Below the pieces are notes generated by a model. The model made no database searches and was not told where the DNA came from. It saw nothing but the letters and a program-made list of their open reading frames with translations. Position numbers and translations under genes: made by a program. Positions 37,941 to 46,300 of a DNA stretch of 64,000 nucleotides are shown here, piece after piece. The stretch is from contig JBGFSC010000007.1 in NCBI GenBank assembly GCA_041694815.1, positions 1 to 64,000 of the forward strand, in the 5' to 3' direction. Source of the stretch: Elusimicrobiota bacterium (GTDB taxonomy: Bacteria > Elusimicrobiota > Elusimicrobia > UBA1565 > JACRDR01). The stretch's first letter is position 1. Every line of letters starts with the position of its first letter.

Positions 37941-39134
37941 TCAGCCGACGTCCCGATAGGCCTTGCCCCAGGACTTGCCGAAACCGAGCGCCATGCCTCG
38001 GTCCAGGATGGGATTGGCGATGCAGTTTAGCCAGCAATCGCAGCTGCAGGAATCAACATAGCGACGCTCGCGCTCCGCCTCGGCGGAGGTCCAAACGGCA
38101 TCAAAGGACCGCTTCGCCACGCTACCGATGGTCCTATGCTTGTTGACGGGGCAATAGAAAAGATTACCCTCGGGATCGAGCATCGCGTAGCGCTGTCCAG
38201 CCATGCAGTCCTTGAAGAAGCGCTCCTGCTTCCGGGCGTACTTCTTAAGATAGGCCCAATAGAGCAGGCGTGTCCAGAGCCACAGGGACTCGGCGGCCCG
38301 CCCCTCGCGCAAGCGTTCCCAGGCCCGCTCCTTGAGGCATAGGTCCATCAAGATAAGGTCGATCTGCGCCTCCACGGCCTCGAGCTCTTTCTTCTTCCAA
38401 TTGAAGGTTTCGGGCGCCTCAAGACCGCGGTGATTGACCACCAACTGGGCTCCGAACCACAGCCCCATACCGCTGACGAATCGGTAAGCGGGCCAAAGCT
38501 CTTTGTAATTCTTCGGCGTCACGGTCAGGCTGAAGGAGAAATCGACGCCGGGAAATTCCTTGCGCAGCATCTCCACCGAACGGACCAGACCACGAAAGGC
38601 TCCCTTTCGTCCGCGGATCTCATCGTGTTTTTTTTCCAGCCCGTCCAAGGAGGAGCCAAGCCAAACCCGCGCGGCGCCCGCCTCCCGGAAAGCGAGAAGC
38701 CGGCGACGGACGAGCTCGTGGTTCCAGAGATTGGTCAGTACGCCGATGGACGACTTGGGAAAATGGCCCGCAAGGAACCCGACCACATCGACGATTTCGG
38801 GCTTCATCATGGGTTCGCCACCGGTGATGACGACGATCTCGACATCCTTTAACAGCTTGGAGCCCGTGACGAAGCCACGGATCTGATCCAGGCCCATCTC
38901 GCGCGAGACGGAGCCCGGATCCTTGAAGGGCATCTCCCAATGATGGCACATGATGCACTTGAGGTTGCAGCGGTGCGTTAGCTCGATGTGGAGTTCTCGG
39001 ATCGGCTCGCCGTCCTTTCGTCCTCCCAATCGGGCCAAGCCACGTTCGAGCGGCTTCTCAAGCGCGGTGAGCACCTCTTCGAGTCGCCGCTCGGGCGAAG
39101 CCGGAGGCGTGATTTTTTCGTCGGTCACCTGCAT
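37941..39134 (-). CDS. Radical SAM protein with SPASM/twitch domain
   Basis: CNLKCIMC, GGEP, SLDG, CMAG...YC...CSCDCWLNC. Confidence 0.92.
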   Translation of the reverse strand: MQVTDEKITPPASPERRLEEVLTALEKPLERGLARLGGRKDGEPIRELHIELTHRCNLKCIMCHHWEMPFKDPGSVSREMGLDQIRGFVTGSKLLKDVEIVVITGGEPMMKPEIVDVVGFLAGHFPKSSIGVLTNLWNHELVRRRLLAFREAGAARVWLGSSLDGLEKKHDEIRGRKGAFRGLVRSVEMLRKEFPGVDFSFSLTVTPKNYKELWPAYRFVSGMGLWFGAQLVVNHRGLEAPETFNWKKKELEAVEAQIDLILMDLCLKERAWERLREGRAAESLWLWTRLLYWAYLKKYARKQERFFKDCMAGQRYAMLDPEGNLFYCPVNKHRTIGSVAKRSFDAVWTSAEAERERRYVDSCSCDCWLNCIANPILDRGMALGFGKSWGKAYRDVG

Positions 39135-39144
39135 GGAGGCCTAC

Positions 39145-39173
39145 AGTGTATCGGGGGTGCATCATGCTGTCAA
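39145..39173 (-). promoter_or_regulatory. Sigma70-type promoter TTGACA-17-TACACT at the head of the radical SAM array
   Basis: Consensus -35 at 39168-39173, -10 at 39145-39150, 10 nt upstream of ATG 39134. Confidence 0.7.
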
Positions 39174-39209
39174 GCAGAATACAATCGCGCCGCTGCGATG
39201 AATGCCGGG

Positions 39210-40481
39210 TCAGCGCGCCAAGACACTGCGGTAAACGGCGTCGAGTTGATTCGCCCTGCGCGTCCAGGAGTGGGAGGACTCGACGAAGGCCCTGCCGCCG
39301 GACGACAGCCGTTCCCAGAGTGCCTCATCTTCTAGAACTCGAAGCGTCTGCGCCGCGAACGCCCGAGGGGAATCGGCCAGCAGCAACTCCCTGTCGGCAA
39401 CCCCTTGGATCCCCTCGTTGGCGCAGGAGGTCGCCACGACAGGGGTCCCAGCGGCGAAGGCCTCCAAGAGTTTTCCCTTTATCCCCTGGCCGAGTCGGAT
39501 GGGAGCCACCAGCGCCATCGCTCCGGTCTCGTACGGCTTGACGTCCTCCACGGTCCCGGTGACGGCGATGCGCCGGTCCCACTCGGCCAAACGGCGGATC
39601 GGCTCGGTCGGGTAGGAGCCGACGATGGTGAAGCGGACGCTAGGCCGCCGCCTCCATATTAAAGGCAATATCTCCGTGGCGAACCAAAGCACTGCGTCCT
39701 CGTTCGGGTAGTGGGGATAATGGCCCACGTAAACGAGGTTATCAGGCTCGCGGTTTTGCCGGGGCGGCAGCTCCGCGAAATGTTCCAAGTCGACTCCGGT
39801 TGGAACAACGTGGATTTTTTTGGAGTCCGCGTGCCGGCCCAGCCGGCGGGCGTCCGCTTCCGTCAATACGATCATCCCATCCGGGTCGCAGCACACCTTC
39901 CGCGTGAAAAGAATGCGCCGCCACCAGGGGACTAGGCGCCGGAAGCGCCGCCAGCCGCTCATCTCTCGAAAATACGACCTAAACAGCGAAATCGAGCCCA
40001 TGTCATGATGTGTGAAAAGGCAAGGAATCTTGGGGAACTCTGCCTTGATCCAGCGGATATACGGGGCCATCAAGTCGAACTCAACGTGCACCAATTCGAC
40101 GTGCCTGTCCCGGATCAGTTCATAAATTTTCTCGCGCATCGATGACGCGTAAAAGCGCCGCACGTCCTCGGGAACGGCGGTACCATCGAGGCGCTCCATG
40201 CCGGGCTCAGGCTCGTAACTGTGCGCTACCGTATGGATGTCATCGAAAATACCGCGGAGATGGACGTGTTCGAGCCTAATGAACTGCGCCGTGTTGCGGG
40301 CGGCGTCCGCTTCGGGGTCCGAGATACCCGAATACGAGCGCCATGGATTAAAGAAGGTTAGCAGTTCGAACCGATAACGGTCCTTTAGGTATTTGCAGGC
40401 CGTCCACACTCGGCGGGAGCCGGCGTCTACTGGAAAAGGTGCCCAAGGCGTTACCATCAGCACGCGAGGCGATGGACTCAT
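39210..40481 (-). CDS. Glycosyltransferase family 4 (GT-B)
   Basis: VPTGVD, YVG...PNEDAV, GIKGKLLEAFAAGTPVVAT. Confidence 0.9.
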   Translation of the reverse strand: MSPSPRVLMVTPWAPFPVDAGSRRVWTACKYLKDRYRFELLTFFNPWRSYSGISDPEADAARNTAQFIRLEHVHLRGIFDDIHTVAHSYEPEPGMERLDGTAVPEDVRRFYASSMREKIYELIRDRHVELVHVEFDLMAPYIRWIKAEFPKIPCLFTHHDMGSISLFRSYFREMSGWRRFRRLVPWWRRILFTRKVCCDPDGMIVLTEADARRLGRHADSKKIHVVPTGVDLEHFAELPPRQNREPDNLVYVGHYPHYPNEDAVLWFATEILPLIWRRRPSVRFTIVGSYPTEPIRRLAEWDRRIAVTGTVEDVKPYETGAMALVAPIRLGQGIKGKLLEAFAAGTPVVATSCANEGIQGVADRELLLADSPRAFAAQTLRVLEDEALWERLSSGGRAFVESSHSWTRRANQLDAVYRSVLAR

Positions 40482-41812
40482 GTGCCCTGGTGCTGAAGAT
40501 AAAGCTCCCGCGCGATGGACGCTAAATTCCTTTCTTGAAAGTTAGCTGCGCGCAACCACTCGATCGGACTGAGATTCCATTTGTTTAAGAAAGCGCGATG
40601 GAAGTCTTTTCGACCGCCAACGGCGGCCGCGCGCAGCGGTCGAGAGTCCAACATGGCCGCCTCGGCCTGGAAAACATAAAAACCGTTTTGGCGAGCCTTG
40701 ATACATAGATCGATAACTCCGAAAGACCAGCCCAAGGCCGGATCGAACCCGCCCAAGGCATCTGACACGGCCCGCTGTAGCAAGAAACAGTCGTCGTGGA
40801 CCTGGGCGACGGCCCTTGTGGCGCCGCGATGGCGCAGCGCCCAGGCCTCGCCGTGGAAAAGCCAGTCCTTCCAGCGGGCCGGGGCGTTCTTGGCGCGCGA
40901 GGCGCCGACCAAGCCGGCCAAGGGCAGCTGTCGCGCTGATTCGGCGAGCTCGACGAAGGTTCCTGGATGAAGGCGCGCCGAAGGGGTCAGGAACAGCATG
41001 TGGCCGGCACTGCTGCGGCGAAGTTCCGCGTTGATCTGCCGGATAGCCGCCTCCTCGCCGTGGTAACGCAGCCAGCGAATCCCGGGCCAACGCTGGCCCC
41101 ACCGGCCAATTTGAAAGGCCCTTACGCTGTTTGGGACCAAAAAAGAGTTCCTTCGCAGCGGCGGTAGGCAGCGCCTCCATTCCGCGAGGCGGTATTCGGC
41201 CAACCCTGCCGGCGCGAACGCGATAAGTTCGATATCACGGTAAAAGTCCGGGCGCTGTACCCCCAAAAAGAGCGATTGGATCCGCTCCGAAAACGGTGAC
41301 GGCCCGGGCAGAAGCTCGATGGGAACCGCTAGACGGCCGGCGAACGTCTCCAGAGATCGGATGCCCCCTTTATCGGTGGCGAGTATCCAATCGGCAAGGC
41401 TGAGCAGGAATTCGGTCTTGGTGCGCTCACCCTCATTAAGCGGTGCCGGCAGCCATGGCCGATCTAGAACGATCACGTATGGGACATGGCGAGCATAGCT
41501 GTGCAGGGCCTCCAAGCATTGGGCGGCGGTCCGAGCCCCAATCAACACCACGCCCGAGATGAGCTCCTCGCTGATGAGGCGCTTGATCAAGGGGAGCGTA
41601 TCGACCTCCACCGCCTCGATGCCGGTGGACCCCGTGGGGATCCTCGCCCCGCCCGGTGCGGGCGCCCAGAAAATGCGCCATTCGGACGCCACCGCCCGCC
41701 AAAACCGCCCCCCAGGAGCAACAGCCGGATGGGACGAAGGCGGAGAGACGACCAGCAACTCCTTGCGGCGATCCCAAGTGGGCGGACCGCCGTTAAATGG
41801 GTTTGGAGGCAT
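40478..41812 (-). CDS. Degenerate glycosyltransferase-like protein (C-terminal GT2-like half)
   Basis: CFLLQRAVSDALGGFD...DLCIKARQNGF is a typical GT2 C-terminus, but no DxD motif is visible. Start uncertain (41812 or 41836). Confidence 0.55.
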   Translation of the reverse strand: MPPNPFNGGPPTWDRRKELLVVSPPSSHPAVAPGGRFWRAVASEWRIFWAPAPGGARIPTGSTGIEAVEVDTLPLIKRLISEELISGVVLIGARTAAQCLEALHSYARHVPYVIVLDRPWLPAPLNEGERTKTEFLLSLADWILATDKGGIRSLETFAGRLAVPIELLPGPSPFSERIQSLFLGVQRPDFYRDIELIAFAPAGLAEYRLAEWRRCLPPLRRNSFLVPNSVRAFQIGRWGQRWPGIRWLRYHGEEAAIRQINAELRRSSAGHMLFLTPSARLHPGTFVELAESARQLPLAGLVGASRAKNAPARWKDWLFHGEAWALRHRGATRAVAQVHDDCFLLQRAVSDALGGFDPALGWSFGVIDLCIKARQNGFYVFQAEAAMLDSRPLRAAAVGGRKDFHRAFLNKWNLSPIEWLRAANFQERNLASIARELYLQHQGT

Positions 41813-42545
41813 GATCTTGAACGAACTGCTGAACAATCTCCGCAGCCGGTCCGACGCCCTTTAATCTCCCCCCCGAAAGATAGACGCAACGATCGCAGGT
41901 CGACTTTACCTTGTCCATGTCGTGGCTCACCAGAATGATCGTTTTTCCATCGGCCTTGAGCCGTTCGAAAGCCTTCTGGCATTTCAACATGAATCGCATA
42001 TCCCCAACGGCCAGGGTCTCATCGACGAGGATGATGTCCGAATCCGAGTGGAGCGCCGTGGAGAAGAAGACCCGCGCCTGGAAGCCGCTGGAGAGCTCCA
42101 TGAATTCTGCGTAACGATACGGCTCAAGCTCGCCGAACTCGATAATCCGCTCCAGTCGGCGGTCCATCTCGCGCGAGGCGAGTCCCAGCAGCGCGCCGCA
42201 AAAACGAATGTTGTCTTCGACGCTTAGGGCCGCCAAGGAGGCGCTGCTAAGGCTCAAGATGGGCGTCCGCAGCTCGCCGCGGACCTCGACGCTGCCCGTG
42301 GTCGGCGCCATGATCTCGGCCAGGATCATCAGGAGAGTCGTCTTTCCGGAACCGTTCGGACCGATCACGCCCAGGCTCTCGCCGCGATAGACGTCGAAGG
42401 AGACGTCTCGAAGCGCCCAAAGCTCCTTTTGATTACGCATCACTCCGTTGCGGAGGCTTTTGAACAAGGTCTGCTCCGACCGCGAAGTGATATAAAAACG
42501 TTTGCCGACCGACGAGACCTTGACAACGGCTTCTTTCAAGGTCAT
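41793..42545 (-). CDS. wzt: Polysaccharide ABC exporter ATPase (Wzt/TagH-like), no C-terminal carbohydrate-binding domain
   Basis: WALRDVSF, GPNGSGKTT, LSSGFQAR, ILVDETLAVGD..F, LVSHD. Start at the ATGA overlap 42545. Confidence 0.9.
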   Translation of the reverse strand: MTLKEAVVKVSSVGKRFYITSRSEQTLFKSLRNGVMRNQKELWALRDVSFDVYRGESLGVIGPNGSGKTTLLMILAEIMAPTTGSVEVRGELRTPILSLSSASLAALSVEDNIRFCGALLGLASREMDRRLERIIEFGELEPYRYAEFMELSSGFQARVFFSTALHSDSDIILVDETLAVGDMRFMLKCQKAFERLKADGKTIILVSHDMDKVKSTCDRCVYLSGGRLKGVGPAAEIVQQFVQDHASKPI

Positions 42546-43315
42546 AGGTGGTCGACGATCGTGCCTTCCTGCGCCCGGAACCAGCGCAGGCCCGCGGCGC
42601 TCATCAAGACGCCTCCCAGGATGAGCCCGGTCACGATCCACGGCGGCGGCACTTGAGAACGCAATAGGCACGCCCGCATGCCGTCCATGATATGGACGAT
42701 CGGATTGAGCATCAGCCAGAACCGCTTGTTCTCGGCGATCAATTGCAGGGGATAGAAGACCGGTACCGCGAAGAAGCCAACCTGCATCACGATGGCCCAA
42801 ATGCGCTCCATGTCGCGGTATTTCAAGGCTAGGCGCGCCAAGAAGAACGACACGCCCGCGACCCACAAAAGCTCGATGACGATCAGCACCGGCAGATAGA
42901 CCCAAGTCCACGCGGCGCCGATGAAGAAAAGGAGAAAGCCGAGCAGGATCAGCAACTCCAACAGATGTGACCAAAGGATGACGGCGATCGCGGAGAGCAC
43001 GACGATTTCCTTGGGAAACTTAAAATTCTTAAGGATACCCCCTTTCGACTGCAGGCTGCGCAAGGCGTTGGAGGTCGCGTTCGCTACGAAGCCCCATTGC
43101 ACCAGCCCGATGATCAGATAGAAGGCGTAGTTAGGTACGTGTTGCCCCATCCACTTGGTAAACAATTGGTACATTACCGTAAATACCAGGGCGGGATTGA
43201 GCAGGGTCCAGAAGAATCCCAAAAGCGTACCCTGATCGCGCAGCTTGAACTCGCACCGAGTCATTTCCCAGAGTAAGTTGCCGTACGTCGACCCCTTGAA
43301 GTGCGCCGGAATCAT
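42542..43315 (-). CDS. wzm: Polysaccharide ABC exporter permease (Wzm/TagG-like)
   Basis: EFKLRDQGTLLGFFWTLLNP, YRD, PVFYP, LNP; six hydrophobic segments; adjacent to wzt. Confidence 0.9.
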   Translation of the reverse strand: MIPAHFKGSTYGNLLWEMTRCEFKLRDQGTLLGFFWTLLNPALVFTVMYQLFTKWMGQHVPNYAFYLIIGLVQWGFVANATSNALRSLQSKGGILKNFKFPKEIVVLSAIAVILWSHLLELLILLGFLLFFIGAAWTWVYLPVLIVIELLWVAGVSFFLARLALKYRDMERIWAIVMQVGFFAVPVFYPLQLIAENKRFWLMLNPIVHIMDGMRACLLRSQVPPPWIVTGLILGGVLMSAAGLRWFRAQEGTIVDHL

Positions 43316-43364
43316 GACGTTCCAATGATAGTAAGTATTTTAGGGCCGCGACCATCGCGTTGCG

Positions 43365-46300
43365 GTGGCAGACGGGCATAAGTTAGACTTTTTCGCAAAA
43401 GTGCTTCTTCATAGAGTGGAAGGCACCTCGATGAGTTTCCTCCTCGAGGGCGGTGATCTGATCCTAGCGAAACCCGTGTCCGCCAAAAGCCTTCGTTTCG
43501 GGGATTTGGTCGTCGTCAAGGGGCGGCAAGGGCGTGAATTCCCTCGAAAGATCGTCCACCGCTACTTGGGGAAATTCCGCAAAAACGGGCGACTGTTCCT
43601 GATCACACGCGGCGACGCGCAGGTTTTCTTCGACGAGCCCGTCCCGCAAGAACGCCTGCTCGGCAAGGTCTTTATGGTGCGCCGGAGCCATGGGTGGATC
43701 TCCTTGGAAGCCTGGTGGTCCCGTGCGATCCACGTCCCCATCGGGGCTTATTCCTCATTGATCCACGCCGCCGCCGCGGTGGCCGCCGCCGTCTTCCGCG
43801 CCGCGGCGTTGTTCGCCTATCCGCGAGCGTCGGCGGCTGGTTCCGGGCCGCTTTCCTTACTTTTCTCGACGATCGATGCCTGGTTCCGAGGCGCCGAGCT
43901 CATTCTCCGCGGTATCCTCTCCATCCCAGCCGGCCTGCCGCTGCGCCTGCTCGGCGCCGCCGCGCTGCCGCGCCTGGCGCCTCCGGCGGGCCTGAGCGGC
44001 CGCCTCGAAAACGTAACCCTCCGCGGAACGGTTAAGATATCGGGCGATATCGTAATTCCGGCGGGTTCGACGGTCGTCGTCGAGCCCGGTACTCGGCTGA
44101 TCCATGAGGGAGGACTCGGCGTGCCGGAGATCCTGCGACCCACCAAGACCGGCTGGCGGCCCGCGACTCATCGATCCCATCGCAATTGGATCGTTTACGG
44201 CGCGCTGGACCTCCGAGGCGACCCGTCCAAGCCGGTCGAGCTCTCCGGCAAACGACCGGCCCATTTCCTGTTCCTGGGCCGGTCTCGAGGGAGGCTAGAG
44301 AGTATCCAATCCGCTCCAGGGGCTTCGGCATCCGTCAGTTGCTGGGATTGGTCGAAGGTCGTCGTCGCCGGCTCCGAACTTCGCTTGAGCGCCGCCGTCA
44401 GCGCGTTCGAATCGGCCCGACTCACGGTGCGGGACTCGAGTTTCTCCGGTCCTGATACGGCGTTGTGCGCCGATGACCGCGCGGCGCTATTGTTGCTCCG
44501 AACCTCGTTGAGAGGCTTCCATACCCCGCTCTCGATGAGCCTTCGTTCCCGGACGACTCTGACGGAATGCGTGATCTCCGGCGGCGCCTTCGGCCCGCTC
44601 GTCTCCGGCGCAGCCCGGATCGCGCTGCTTCGCTGCCGGCTGACGGCCGTCCAGGGGGCCCCGCTGCGCCTGCTACACCACTCGGAAACCCGCAGCCGAT
44701 CGACGATCTTCGAATCCTGCGGGGCGGGTGTGCAACTACGTGGACAGGCCGCCTGGCGATCGTCGAAGGACCGGCTTACCGGCTTCGATGGCGCAGCCGT
44801 CCAGGCGTCAGACAAGGCGCACTATTTCGCATACCAATCCCTGCTCGAGCAAAACGGCGTTGGACTCGTGGCGGATGGCGCCGCGACGATCGAGGCCGAA
44901 GGCTTGCGGATCTCGCGCTGCGATCAGGGAATTCGAATAGCCGAACTAGCGCACGCGACTCTTAAGGAGACCCGGATTTCCAACTGCGGACACGGCATCT
45001 TGCAGCTTGACCGCTCCACCGTCAAGGTCGCCCACGCCGCCTGCGATGATTGCGGAAGCGGGTGGTCCGCCGAGGGCAGCGCCTCGATCAGCGCCAAAGG
45101 GCTTTCGATATCGAGAGCAAAAGGCCATGGCATGTCGCTCAAGGGGAACGCGGCCTTCCGAGGCGACCTCACCGCGGAGTCCTGCGGGGAGGCGGGCCTC
45201 TTCCTGGCCGGCAACGCCGCTGCCGAGCTCGTCGACGGCCGCCTGGACGGCAACCGCACTGGTTTGCTGGCAATCTCGGGTCGCTCCATCCTCGCTTCAA
45301 CCTCCGCTTTTAACAACCACGAAGTGGGCTGCGATTTTCAAAACGGAGAACACGTCCAGAAGGCGGTCCGGATCGTCGGTTCGCCGATCGGGATAGGCGC
45401 CTACAAGCAGGCGCGGGTCAATCTGGAAGGATGCGAAATCACCGGTTGCGGCACCGGCGCGTTCTTGCAGGATGCCTCCAGCTTGGACGGCCGCGCGCTC
45501 TCATTGACAGGCTGCGGCATTGGCTGCATCGCGGAAGGCGCCGCGCGGTTCGAGGCGGCGGACCTCGAAATCTTCGGAGCCGGATCGCATGGGATTTGGC
45601 TCAAGGATAAGTCCGTCGTCACCGGCAATCTGACGATCGCCTCCTGCGGGGGCCCTGGAATATATCTCACAGGCGAGGAGGCTTCTCTTTTCTTGTCGAA
45701 AGGCATCTTACGGGAGAATCGAGCCGGCTTGATGGCCCTATCAGGCCATTCAAGGCTCTGCGCCGTTCTGCTCGAAAAAAATAGGGAGATCGGCATAAGC
45801 CTACAAGGCGGGCGACACGTGGGTAAGGAGCTTCACATAAATGATTCTCCGATAGGGCTTGGGACCTATCGGCAAGCGCGGACCGACCTTGAGGGATGCG
45901 AGATCGCCAACTGCGCCACCGGCTTCTTCCTGCAAGACGCCTCGATCATGAGCTCCAGCGGACTGTTGATCAAGAACTGCGAGGTCGGCTGCATCGCGGA
46001 AGGCGCCGCGCGGTTCGAGGCGAAACAGGCTGAAATACTCTGTAGCGTGTCGCATGGGATTTGGCTCAAGGATAATTCGCTCTTGACCGGCTTTCTCACG
46101 GTCCGGGATTCGGGAGGCCCGGGCCTCTACCTAACGGGTGACTCCCGGGCCGAACTCTCCGGCGGAGGCTTTTTTAACAACCGAACGGGCATGCTCGCCC
46201 TGGCGGGAAGCTCTAGATTGGCGAACATGGATTTCATCGGCAATCGCGAAATCGCCTTGAGCGTTCACGGAGGCAGGCATTCTCTGCAAAGCGGCTCCCT

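Noticed and set aside
7661..42974. Long N-terminal extensions given by the ORF track (e.g. starts 9328, 12079, 13572, 14759, 18777, 22339, 29541, 42974)
   Set aside because: They overlap upstream genes extensively; downstream ATGs at stop/start overlaps match the paralog N-termini.
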